This document shows, piece by piece, positions 31,898 to 40,831 of a stretch of DNA of 64,000 nt. A program made the position numbers and the translations under genes. The DNA lies in NCBI GenBank assembly GCA_036574205.1, contig JAINCQ010000028.1, positions 1 through 64,000 on the forward strand, read 5' to 3'. Under the pieces are notes generated by a model. That model saw only the letters and a list, made by a program, of their open reading frames with translations, was not told where the DNA came from and ran no database searches. Positions within the stretch are counted from its first letter, which is position 1; the number at the start of each line of letters is the position of its first letter. Source of the stretch: Elusimicrobiota bacterium. Lineage in GTDB: Bacteria; Elusimicrobiota; Elusimicrobia; Elusimicrobiales; UBA9959.

Positions 31898-32823
31898 AAG
31901 TTGTAGCGAAAGCAGGCAGAGACGATATCGCTACTGTTTATATTGCAAAACATCAAAGCTATGGATATCTTGAATTTGCGCAATCTCTTACCCCCCCACT
32001 GTCAAGGAAAGAAAAGTGGGTTATTCTTGTTTCAAGTCTTTATGGTTGTCCCTTAAATTGTGTTTTTTGCGATGCTGGTGGAAATTTCAAGGGGTTGGTT
32101 TCAAAAGAGGATATCTTCTTTCAGATAAACTATATCCTTAAAGAGTTTAAATCAGAAAATTTTTGCTGCAAAAAACTCAAAATACAGTTTGCGAGAATGG
32201 GGGAGCCTTCTTTCAATGATAATGTGCTTTTGGCGCTTAATGAGATGAAGTCAAAAATAAGAGGGCATAAAATTTATCCAAGTCTTTCAACTGTTGGTCC
32301 AGCTAATAGAGAAAAATTTTTTACTGAGCTACTTTATTTGAAGAAAAAGCTTTATAAAAAAACTTTTCAGCTTCAATTTTCCATTCATACCACCGACAAA
32401 ACAGTAAGAGATGAAATTATAAAAGGTAAGAAAATGGATTTTGGTGAAATATCGGAATATGCAAGAGATTTTTTTGATGAAGATGGCAAAAAGATAACCC
32501 TTAATTTTATTTATTCAGAAAAACTTCCGGTTTCTATTGACGTTATAAAAAAATATTTTGACAGGGAAATATTTCTTATAAAAGTCACTCCGGTCAATCC
32601 GACGCTTAATGCGATAAATAATAATTTATATTCACCTTTTTCTTACGACTCTAAATCCTGGTTTAATAAGTTGCGCAGTTATGGTTATGATGTGATTGTA
32701 AGCGTTGGGGAATATGAAGAAAATAAGATAGGCTCAAATTGTGGTCAGTATATAACTAATTATCTTAATTCACATAAAAATATATCGCCCAGCTATACTT
32801 ATAGAATAGAAAAAGTTTTATAG
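31894..32823 (+). CDS. RlmN/Cfr-like radical SAM protein (divergent)
   Basis: VSSLYGCPLNCVFC (CxxxCxxC), RMGEP, LQFSIH, C-terminal IGSNCGQ. Confidence 0.8.
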   Translation: MKVVAKAGRDDIATVYIAKHQSYGYLEFAQSLTPPLSRKEKWVILVSSLYGCPLNCVFCDAGGNFKGLVSKEDIFFQINYILKEFKSENFCCKKLKIQFARMGEPSFNDNVLLALNEMKSKIRGHKIYPSLSTVGPANREKFFTELLYLKKKLYKKTFQLQFSIHTTDKTVRDEIIKGKKMDFGEISEYARDFFDEDGKKITLNFIYSEKLPVSIDVIKKYFDREIFLIKVTPVNPTLNAINNNLYSPFSYDSKSWFNKLRSYGYDVIVSVGEYEENKIGSNCGQYITNYLNSHKNISPSYTYRIEKVL

Positions 32824-33426
32824 TTGCCAGACTCTTTTAAGTGATTTTACAAAATACTCGGTTATTGCGCTTATAGTTGTTGTTGTATCAAGTCCTTCCC
32901 AGCCCATATAAGCTGACCAAATAACACTTCCTGTTTCTATATCTATCATTCTAACTGACAGCGCAACCTCAGCGGTAGTTTCAAGTATAGTGGTATCGCT
33001 TGAAGAATCTAAATTTTGGGTATAAATATTTTTACCCTTTATCTCTTTTATTGAGTCAAAAGAGGCGGCGGAGTTTTTTACAAGATATTTAGTGTTTGGT
33101 TTGAAATTTATTACGCTTCCAACAAACAGCGCGTCTATTGAAAGCATTCTGCCTATTTTTTTTCTATTATGCTGTTCTATAAGATTAGATTGGTTTAAAT
33201 TTAGCTCTTTTATAACCGAATCAATCTGCTGTCTTTCAACTACATCCGCTCCATATTTAAGCAAGGTTATAGTCATAATATCTGCCGCAGCATCTCCTTG
33301 CGGACCGCTAAAATTTAGAACTGCAACTCTTTTAATTTTAGAAAAATCAGCTTTTTTGTTTACAGCAATCTGCGGTGAGGCGCAGGAAAAAGTTAAAGCA
33401 GATAAAAAGATTATAATTTTTTTCAT
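32818..33426 (-). CDS. CsgG/HfaB-like lipoprotein
   Basis: Lipobox-like TFSC; RVAVLNF, VVERQQIDSVIKE, GSV, VRMIDIETGSVIWS. Confidence 0.7.
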   Translation of the reverse strand: MKKIIIFLSALTFSCASPQIAVNKKADFSKIKRVAVLNFSGPQGDAAADIMTITLLKYGADVVERQQIDSVIKELNLNQSNLIEQHNRKKIGRMLSIDALFVGSVINFKPNTKYLVKNSAASFDSIKEIKGKNIYTQNLDSSSDTTILETTAEVALSVRMIDIETGSVIWSAYMGWEGLDTTTTISAITEYFVKSLKRVWQL

Positions 33427-33824
33427 TTCATTTCTTTGAGATATTTAATATGTTTTGACGCGATATCGGTTAGTTGTTTTGATTTTGAGTATTTCAGGCA
33501 GTTTTCCCAGTTTTCTATTGCTTTTGTATAATCCTTTTTCTTTTCATAAATCATTGCAATCATATAATAGATACTTGCGTTTAAAGGATCAAAGTTTTTT
33601 GCTTTTTCAAAATAAAGCAAAGCGTTGTCTATATCCTCTATTGAAAGATATAGATGCGCTATTTTTATATAATCAGGGGCTGGATTTTTAGGGTTTACTG
33701 CTGCCTTTATCTGCTCTATTTTAATTTTTATCAAAGCTATTTCTTCATCAGATTTTTTTTGTTGCTCAGCAAAAAAATAACTGCCAGCAAACAGTATAAC
33801 AAACAAGAATATAATTTTCTTCAT
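33423..33824 (-). CDS. Secreted TPR protein
   Basis: Signal peptide and two TPR motifs (ALLYFEKA..DP, YYMIAMIY...AIENWE). Confidence 0.75.
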   Translation of the reverse strand: MKKIIFLFVILFAGSYFFAEQQKKSDEEIALIKIKIEQIKAAVNPKNPAPDYIKIAHLYLSIEDIDNALLYFEKAKNFDPLNASIYYMIAMIYEKKKDYTKAIENWENCLKYSKSKQLTDIASKHIKYLKEMK

Positions 33825-33871
33825 AACATTTCCTAATTAAGTTTTTTTTCTATTTCTAAACTCCAATAAAA

Positions 33872-34232
33872 TGGAGGCGCCGGGATTTGCACCCGGGTCC
33901 ATAAATGATGCCACATGCTTACTACAGGTTTAGTCGCTGTTGTTTAAAGAAGGATTAGGTCAGCGACAACCATAATTCCTTCCCAGTCCGTTTGTTTTTC
34001 GCAAATTTTCATCACGGACTTACGATGAAAATTGCTATCCCGGTTAATGACGCAGTATCAATTGCCCCGGGAAAGCAATTGTCTGCGTGGACATTTAACG
34101 CTTATTAGGCGTGTGCCCATGCCATCTCGTATGAGTTGGCAGTTGTTTTTTTGACCCTTTTTTACGTGGCCGGGGTCATCCACGACCTGCAAGCGATGCG
34201 ACAACCCATCTATGTCAAGCCTATTCGCCCCC
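33872..34232 (-). ncRNA. ssrA: tmRNA; tag peptide (A)ANSYEMAWAHA
   Basis: 5' GGGGGCG pairs with 3' CGCCTCC-A with a G3-U pair; T-arm CCGGG-TGCAAAT-CCCGG. Resume codon GCC at 34140; ORF ends in tandem TAA TAA (34107-34102). 361 nt, CCA not encoded. Confidence 0.93.
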
Positions 34233-34371
34233 TTATTGTAAAAGAACTCCTCTAATATATTTTAGCAGATTTAAATATTATATCAATAGATAAAATCCTA
34301 CTTGGTTTAACCCAAGTTTGCAAAATGCCATAAACATATTTGCCAGATTTAATATCATCTAACCATAAAAC

Positions 34372-34422
34372 AACATCCACTAATTTTCCACGGCCGTGTT
34401 TAAACTGTGGATAATAATTTAG
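34372..34422. repeat. Dispersed palindromic repeat, copy A
   Basis: aacatccactaattttccacggccgtgtttaaactgtggataataatttag; similar copies at 59145 and 59223. Confidence 0.85.
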
Positions 34423-34473
34423 TGCAAAATTAGCTATTTATTTAAATCCCTTCCCCCACTTAAATTTATTTTT

Positions 34474-34508
34474 CTCTCCCTTGATGGGAGAGGAACAAGG
34501 TGAGGGTG
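34474..34508. repeat. REP-like CTCTCCC-N5-GGGAGAG...GGTGAGGG element
   Basis: Perfect 7-bp stem followed by GGTGAGGGTG; resembles a widespread intergenic palindrome family (recognised from memory). Confidence 0.55.
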
Positions 34509-34707
34509 AAAAAAAAGAGAGGGGACATAGCAGTTAAACCGTCCCGGAAGGTAATATTGTGGTTAAACTGTGGAAAATTGTTTATGTAAAGCTTGATGAG
34601 ATAAATGATAAAGTTTGTAGCTTATATGTTATGATATTGAGAAACATTATAAATGAGCTGATGAATTGGTTTTTTAGATTAGCAATTTCAAAATCATGAA
34701 AAGTCCA

Positions 34708-34769
34708 ACCTGCCTGTGCGTGTCCGCCTGACTGCGAGTGTCTTTGCTCAGGTAGACACGCAGACAGGT
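34708..34769. repeat. GC-rich long hairpin (REP/MITE-like or structured RNA)
   Basis: acctg/caggt, tgcgtgtc/gacacgca and gcctga/tcaggt nested stems in an AT-rich background. Confidence 0.6.
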
Positions 34770-34831
34770 ATGTATAGATATCTTACAATTACTTGTGAAT
34801 ATGTGAGTTTTTATTGTAAAATAGTTTTATT

Positions 34832-34903
34832 GGCGCGGTAGCCAAGTGGTAAGGCCGCGGTCTGCAAAACCGCTATACGTCGGTTCGATTCCGACCCGCG
34901 CCT
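34832..34903 (+). tRNA. tRNA-Cys(GCA)
   Basis: Cloverleaf: GGCGCGG/CCGCGCC acceptor stem, U discriminator, anticodon arm gcggt-ctGCAaa-accgc, T-loop TTCGATT. CCA not encoded. Confidence 0.97.
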
Positions 34904-34925
34904 TTTTTTCTTTATAGAGGTTGAG

Positions 34926-36089
34926 ATGGAATTAAGTAAAATAGCTGTTTCAATAAAACCTTCTGCAACTCTTAGATTAAATGAAGTAGCTAACAGGCTT
35001 AAATCTGAAGGAAAAGATATAATACACCTTGGCGGCGGGGAACCAGAGTTTGATATCCCTTTAAAAGCCATAAGCCGCTCAATTGAGAAATTGAACTCTA
35101 AAAGGGTTAATTATACTCCCACCTCAGGAATAAAAAAACTCAAAGAAAAAATTTGCGAATATGCTGGCGCACTTTATGGAATTGAGCCGGATATAGATAA
35201 TATAGTTGTAAGCTCGGGAGCAAAACAGTGTATATATAATTTTTTGATGGCAACTGTTGATCCGGGAGATGAAGTTATAATTCTGGCGCCTTATTGGGTA
35301 AGTTATCCTGAGATGGTTTCAATGGTATATGGAACTCCTGTTATTGTTAAGCCTTCAAATGGACTTATCCCTTCCTGGGAGGATATCAAATCCCATATCA
35401 CATCTAATACAAAAGCGATAATGATAAATAGCCCAAATAATCCGAGCGGGCTTGTTTATCCTGATAAGTTAATGGAAAAAATTTTGACATATTGCTATGA
35501 TAATAATATATACATCCTTCTTGATTCAATATATGATCAGCTGATAATAGATGATATAAAGACTTCTTCGCCATTTTCACATACCGGTGGGATTATAGAT
35601 AATGTAATATTGGTTAACGGAGTTTCTAAATCTTTTGCTATGACTGGTTTTAGAATAGGATATTCAATATCTTCAAAACCTGTTGCAAAAGCTATGACAA
35701 AAATTCAGGCTCAGGTTACATCCTGTCCGAGTGATCTTTCTCAAGTTGCTGCAATAGGTGCTATTGAAGAAGGTAAGGATTTTACTTTAAAGCTTGTTAA
35801 CGATTTGAGAAGGAAAAGAGATATCCTCTGTGCCGGGCTTGATAAAATAAAAAAAGCTGTTTATATAAAACCACAGGCTACTTTTTATAGCTTTGTTGAT
35901 TTTTCGGCATATGAAAAAGATAGCACGAAACTTTCTTCAACCTTAATAGAAAAAGTAGGGGTTGTTACTGTTCCGGGTTGTGAGTTTGGAATGGAGGGGT
36001 ATTTGAGGATAAGCTTTTGCGGAGCAGATAACGATATAAAAAGAGGAGTTGATAGAATACGGGAATTTGTTGATGGAGGAAATTTATGA
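34926..36089 (+). CDS. aspC: Aspartate aminotransferase (class I/II PLP)
   Basis: GEPEFD, PYWVSY, NSPNNPSG, NGVSKSFAMTGFRIG. Confidence 0.88.
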   Translation: MELSKIAVSIKPSATLRLNEVANRLKSEGKDIIHLGGGEPEFDIPLKAISRSIEKLNSKRVNYTPTSGIKKLKEKICEYAGALYGIEPDIDNIVVSSGAKQCIYNFLMATVDPGDEVIILAPYWVSYPEMVSMVYGTPVIVKPSNGLIPSWEDIKSHITSNTKAIMINSPNNPSGLVYPDKLMEKILTYCYDNNIYILLDSIYDQLIIDDIKTSSPFSHTGGIIDNVILVNGVSKSFAMTGFRIGYSISSKPVAKAMTKIQAQVTSCPSDLSQVAAIGAIEEGKDFTLKLVNDLRRKRDILCAGLDKIKKAVYIKPQATFYSFVDFSAYEKDSTKLSSTLIEKVGVVTVPGCEFGMEGYLRISFCGADNDIKRGVDRIREFVDGGNL

Positions 36090-37642
36090 ATGCTATTGGA
36101 TTGAATACAAAAGGGAAAATTTTTGTAAATTTAAATGAGGCTGAGCTTTATGAGCATATAATTAAAAATGATGAGGGGGTTATTTTAAATACCGGGGCAG
36201 TTTGTGTAAATACTGGAAAACATACTGCCAGAAGCGCTCAGGATAAGTTTATAGTCAAAAAAGAGCCATCATCAAATAATATAAACTGGGGTGAAAATAA
36301 TGTTCCAATAGAGGAAGATGTTTTTTTAAATTTGCTGGATAAGATGAAGGATTATCTTTCTAAAAAAGATATATATATTAGAAACTCATATATTGGCTCA
36401 AATCTTGATTTTCGTTTGAAAACAAGAGTTATAACTGAATTGGCATGGCACAGTTTATTTGTCAAAAATCTTTTCTTTGATTATGAGGGAGAGTTGAAGG
36501 ACAGTGATGTTGATTTTACCATAATATGCTTGCCTCGTTTTAAGGCTAATCCTGCGATTGATGGGACAAGAACTGAAACTTTTATAATAATAAGTTTTGA
36601 GCATAAAACAGCTATAATTGGTGGGACAGCATATGCTGGTGAGATTAAGAAAACAGCTTTTAGCGTTATGAACTATCTTCTCCCACTAAAGAATGTTTTC
36701 CCAATGCATTGCTCTGCGAATATATCCGTTAAAAATGAAACAGCAATTTTCTTTGGCCTGTCTGGAACTGGAAAAACGACTCTTTCATCAGATCCTCAAA
36801 GAAGGTTAATAGGGGATGATGAACATGGCTGGGGGGATGATGGGATTTTTAATTTTGAAGCAGGATGTTATGCTAAGGTTATAAATTTAAGTAAAGAGGC
36901 AGAGCCTCAGATATATGCTGCAGTTAATAGATATAAAAGCGTTCTTGAAAATGTAGTATTTGATAGTAATCGTATGCCTGTCTTTGAAGATGGAAGTTTT
37001 ACTGAAAATACAAGATGTGGATATCCCCTTAGTTTTATTGATAATGCAGTCTATGGAGAAAAGTTTCCTCATCCTAAGAATATAATTATGCTTGCATATG
37101 ATGCTTTTGGAGTTTTGCCACCAATAGCAAGATTAAATCACAATCAGGCAATGTATCATTTTATATCGGGATATACCGCCAAGGTTGCAAATACTGAGAT
37201 GGGGATTAAGGAGCCAAAAGCGACTTTTAGCGCCTGCTTTGGAGCTCCTTTTATGAGCCATCATCCAAAGGTTTATGCAAGTATGTTAAGCGAGAAAATG
37301 AAAAAACATAATTCTAACTGCTGGTTGATAAATACCGGGCTCAGTGGAGGTCCTTATGGAGTTGGGAAAAGAATCAGCATAAAACTAACAAGAGAGATTT
37401 TAAACTTCGCGCTTGAATATGAGGAAAACTGGGGAGTAAAATTTGAAAAAGATAAGGTTTTTGGATTTGAAATACCTCAGATTTCAAATATAGATAAAAA
37501 GCTTTTAAATCCATCGCTTTCCTGGAATAATAAAGCAGAATATGATGCTAAATACAGGGAGTTAGCTGAGATGTTTAAGAAAAACTTTCAGAGGTTTAAT
37601 ATAACCGACTCTGATATAACAAAAGGCGGTCCGCTTATATGA
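36086..37642 (+). CDS. pckA: Phosphoenolpyruvate carboxykinase (ATP)
   Basis: YAGEIKK, MHCSAN, FGLSGTGKTTLS, LIGDDEHGW, FSACFGAPF. Confidence 0.97.
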   Translation: MNAIGLNTKGKIFVNLNEAELYEHIIKNDEGVILNTGAVCVNTGKHTARSAQDKFIVKKEPSSNNINWGENNVPIEEDVFLNLLDKMKDYLSKKDIYIRNSYIGSNLDFRLKTRVITELAWHSLFVKNLFFDYEGELKDSDVDFTIICLPRFKANPAIDGTRTETFIIISFEHKTAIIGGTAYAGEIKKTAFSVMNYLLPLKNVFPMHCSANISVKNETAIFFGLSGTGKTTLSSDPQRRLIGDDEHGWGDDGIFNFEAGCYAKVINLSKEAEPQIYAAVNRYKSVLENVVFDSNRMPVFEDGSFTENTRCGYPLSFIDNAVYGEKFPHPKNIIMLAYDAFGVLPPIARLNHNQAMYHFISGYTAKVANTEMGIKEPKATFSACFGAPFMSHHPKVYASMLSEKMKKHNSNCWLINTGLSGGPYGVGKRISIKLTREILNFALEYEENWGVKFEKDKVFGFEIPQISNIDKKLLNPSLSWNNKAEYDAKYRELAEMFKKNFQRFNITDSDITKGGPLI

Positions 37643-38490
37643 GATGCCTTGCTATTTTTAGAGAATTAACAAATTCTCCAAATAGAGAAAATGACGATGC
37701 TTTAATATTAAAAGCTGTCTGTGATGAACTTGTAAAGCTTGGGGTTAAGGTTCATCTTATAGAACCTGAGATTATAGATGATGTTCTAAATGAGAAATGG
37801 GATGTTGTCATTGCAATGTGCGAAAATCCTCATAACTTAAATAAAATCCGTAAAATTGATGCTATTTTTGTTAATCCAGTTGAATCAGTTTTCAATTGTT
37901 ATAGAGTCAAAATGTATGAACTTGTAAATAAAAAATGTCCTGATATTTTTCCAGAATCAGAAATAAGAAGGATGTCTGATTTTCCGGGTAAAAAGCCAGA
38001 TTTCATAGATGGTGAAGGTGTTTGGGTTAAAAGAGGGGATGTTCATAATACCTGTCTGCATGATGTTCATTATGTCAAAAAATGGGAGGATGCAGTTAGA
38101 GTGAAAAAAGATTTTGAAACAAGGAATATAACAGATGTAATGATTCAAAAACATATATCAGGCGATTTGATAAAATTTTATGGCGTTGGTCCTGGAAAAT
38201 GGCTTGATTGGTTTTATCATAAACCAACTGTTGCAATGAAATATGAATTTGATGTAAATAAATTACATAAAAACGCAATAAGATTTGCTGAGGCTGTTGG
38301 TGTTGAGGTCTATGGTGGAGATGCAATAATTACCAGAGATTCAAAAATATATATAATAGATATTAACAGCTGGCCATCTTTTGCAAGAGTAAGAGATAAA
38401 GTAAAAAGGGTAATAGCAGAGCATATTTTTAATAAAATAGCGGTAGTCAATAAAATTGGAGGAGAAAATGAAAGCGGAAACAAAAAATAA
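37639..38490 (+). CDS. ATP-grasp-like protein
   Basis: WVKRGD, MIQKHISGDLIKFYGV, VYGGDAI, IIDINSWPSF (ATP-grasp C-terminal metal-binding pattern). Confidence 0.7.
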   Translation: MRCLAIFRELTNSPNRENDDALILKAVCDELVKLGVKVHLIEPEIIDDVLNEKWDVVIAMCENPHNLNKIRKIDAIFVNPVESVFNCYRVKMYELVNKKCPDIFPESEIRRMSDFPGKKPDFIDGEGVWVKRGDVHNTCLHDVHYVKKWEDAVRVKKDFETRNITDVMIQKHISGDLIKFYGVGPGKWLDWFYHKPTVAMKYEFDVNKLHKNAIRFAEAVGVEVYGGDAIITRDSKIYIIDINSWPSFARVRDKVKRVIAEHIFNKIAVVNKIGGENESGNKK

Positions 38491-39823
38491 AAAAATAAAA
38501 AAATCTGGAGATTTTATCCCCGGACCTAATTCCCTTAAAATATTTGAGGAAGAACAGAAATACATAGCGCCGGGGGTTCAGAGTATTGCGCTTTTTTCTA
38601 AATTAGTTATGGAGAAAGGCGAAGGGGCTCATTTTATAGATGTAGACGGCAATAAATATCTTGATATGTATGCAGGGGTTGGAGTTGCATCTTTGGGACA
38701 CGGTCATCCTAAGTATGCAAGGGCAATCAGCGATCAGGTTTCAAAAATAAATACAGGAAGTTTTACCACAGCAAGAAGAGCAAATTATTGTAAAACCCTG
38801 GCAAAATACACTCCCGGAAATCTAAAAAGAATCCAATTTTACTCAGGCGGAGCTGAGGCGGTAGAGGCTGCTATAAGGCTTGCAAAAAGTTATACTAAAA
38901 ATTATGAGGTTGTTGGTTTTTGGGGTGGTTTCCATGGAAAAACTGGTACTGTTCTGGGGCTTCTTGATGATTTTAAAAGAGAATTGGGACCTATAATGAG
39001 TGGGATTCATTCTGTCCCATATGCTTATTGTTATAGGTGTCCATTTAAAATGGAGTATCCTTCATGCGGGCTTTATTGTGTGGAGTTTATAAGAAAGCAA
39101 TTAAAGCAGGAAAGCGCTGGAAAGATAGCCGCTTTTATTGTGGAACCGATACAGGGGACAAACGGAAATGTTGTTCCTCCACCGGATTTTCTTAAAGCTG
39201 TAAAAGAGGTGGCGTGGGAAAATAATGCGGTTTTGATAGCCGATGAGATGATATGTGGTTTTGGAAGGACGGGGAAGATGTTTGGGGTTGAACATTTTGG
39301 AGTAGTTCCTGATATAATGACTGTTGGCAAGGGCATAGCAAATGGTTTCCCGGTAGCTGGCGTTATTTCAACTGATGAGATAATAAACTCAAAACCATTT
39401 GCAAATCCAAGTGGGAGTTCATCCAGTTATGGGGGAAATCCCCTTGCAGGATGTGCGTGTGATGTTACATTAAGCGTTATAATAGAGGAAAACCTTGTTG
39501 AAAATTCAAGAAAAGTTGGTGAGTATTTGCTTAATGAGTTTAAAAAACTTCAGGAAAAATACAGGTTTATAGGTGATGTGAGAGGAAAAGGACTTATGAT
39601 AGGGGTTGAACTGGTGAAAGATAGAAAAACAAAAGAACATCTTGATAAACATATAACAAGAAGATTATTTGATGAATGTTTAAAACGCGGAATGATTTCA
39701 ATGTGCTATTCTCACACTATAAGAGTAAACCCTCCGCTTGTTATAACGCAAAAGGAAGCTGAAACTGCTATAAGAATTTATGATGAAGCTTTTAGCGCTA
39801 TATCAAAGGAATTTAATATTTGA
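38468..39823 (+). CDS. Class III PLP aminotransferase
   Basis: DVDGNKYLD, GGAEAVEAA, FHGKT, VEPIQG, LIADEMICGFGRTG, TVGKGIANG. ATG 38468 follows GGAGGA. Confidence 0.92.
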   Translation: MKAETKNKKIKKSGDFIPGPNSLKIFEEEQKYIAPGVQSIALFSKLVMEKGEGAHFIDVDGNKYLDMYAGVGVASLGHGHPKYARAISDQVSKINTGSFTTARRANYCKTLAKYTPGNLKRIQFYSGGAEAVEAAIRLAKSYTKNYEVVGFWGGFHGKTGTVLGLLDDFKRELGPIMSGIHSVPYAYCYRCPFKMEYPSCGLYCVEFIRKQLKQESAGKIAAFIVEPIQGTNGNVVPPPDFLKAVKEVAWENNAVLIADEMICGFGRTGKMFGVEHFGVVPDIMTVGKGIANGFPVAGVISTDEIINSKPFANPSGSSSSYGGNPLAGCACDVTLSVIIEENLVENSRKVGEYLLNEFKKLQEKYRFIGDVRGKGLMIGVELVKDRKTKEHLDKHITRRLFDECLKRGMISMCYSHTIRVNPPLVITQKEAETAIRIYDEAFSAISKEFNI

Positions 39824-39835
39824 TTAATTGATAGT

Positions 39836-40831
39836 ATGAAAAAACTTGCAATTGTTGGCTTTGGCGCTGTTTGCGAAAATGCTCACGCAAAAGCCTTAAA
39901 TGAATTAAAAGATATTATTACACCTGTATGTGTTTTTGATCTATCAAAGGAAAGGATAAAAAAAGCGGTTGAAATTCTTAAAGTTGTGGGGTATGAAAGC
40001 CTTGATGAGATGATAGAGAAAGAAAAAATAGATGTAGCTCTTGTTTCCACTCCTCCATCAACCCATAAGGATATAATAATAAAACTTCTTGAAAAAGGGA
40101 TAGATGTATTATGCGAAAAACCCTTATGTGTTAATTTAAGCGAGTTTGATGAGATATCTGATGCGGTTTATTCAAACGAAAAGATAGTATATACTGTACA
40201 TAACTGGAAATATTCCCCTCATATATTGAAGATAAAAGAGTTAATTCCTGAAATTGGTGAGTTGAAATATGTAGAATGGAAGACTTTAAGAAAAAACCCT
40301 TCTCAGTCAGCATCATATAACTGGAGAATAGATCCCAGACTTAGTGGGGGGGGAATAGTATTTGATCATGGATGGCATGTCATATATATTTTAAATTCGC
40401 TTATAGGGAAGAGAATTTGTGATATAAATGCTCAATTTGATTTTACTCAAAATTTAATAGATGAGGTTGCTGATTTAACACTGGTTTATGAGGATAAAAC
40501 AATAGCAAATATTCATTTAAGCTGGAAATCCTGTTTGAGAAAAAATTTTATCTTTGCATATGGCTCTAAAGGAATTCTAATTTTTGATGATGATATAATA
40601 AAAATAGAAAAAAAAGATGGCGAAAAAATAGAATTTTCTTTTGATGAAAAGCTATCAGCATCATCCGCTCATCCTCTCTGGACAAAATATATTTATATGG
40701 ATTTTATTAAAGCCATAGATGATAGAGGTAAGTTTGAAGAAAATTTTGATGAGGCAAGACAGTGTATCAAAACTATAATGGCTGGCTATAAGTATTATGA
40801 TCAGAGAAAAGATAAAGCTATATGTAATTGA
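39836..40831 (+). CDS. Gfo/Idh/MocA-family oxidoreductase
   Basis: IVGFGAV, VLCEKP, GGGIVFDHGWH. Confidence 0.9.
   Translation: MKKLAIVGFGAVCENAHAKALNELKDIITPVCVFDLSKERIKKAVEILKVVGYESLDEMIEKEKIDVALVSTPPSTHKDIIIKLLEKGIDVLCEKPLCVNLSEFDEISDAVYSNEKIVYTVHNWKYSPHILKIKELIPEIGELKYVEWKTLRKNPSQSASYNWRIDPRLSGGGIVFDHGWHVIYILNSLIGKRICDINAQFDFTQNLIDEVADLTLVYEDKTIANIHLSWKSCLRKNFIFAYGSKGILIFDDDIIKIEKKDGEKIEFSFDEKLSASSAHPLWTKYIYMDFIKAIDDRGKFEENFDEARQCIKTIMAGYKYYDQRKDKAICN

Noticed and set aside
34233..34831. Replication origin
   Set aside because: Few DnaA boxes, all within a repeat that also occurs elsewhere; no dnaA/dnaN/gidA context and no switch in gene orientation.
34811..35071. 86-aa minus-strand ORF
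   Set aside because: Antisense shadow of tRNA-Cys and aspC.
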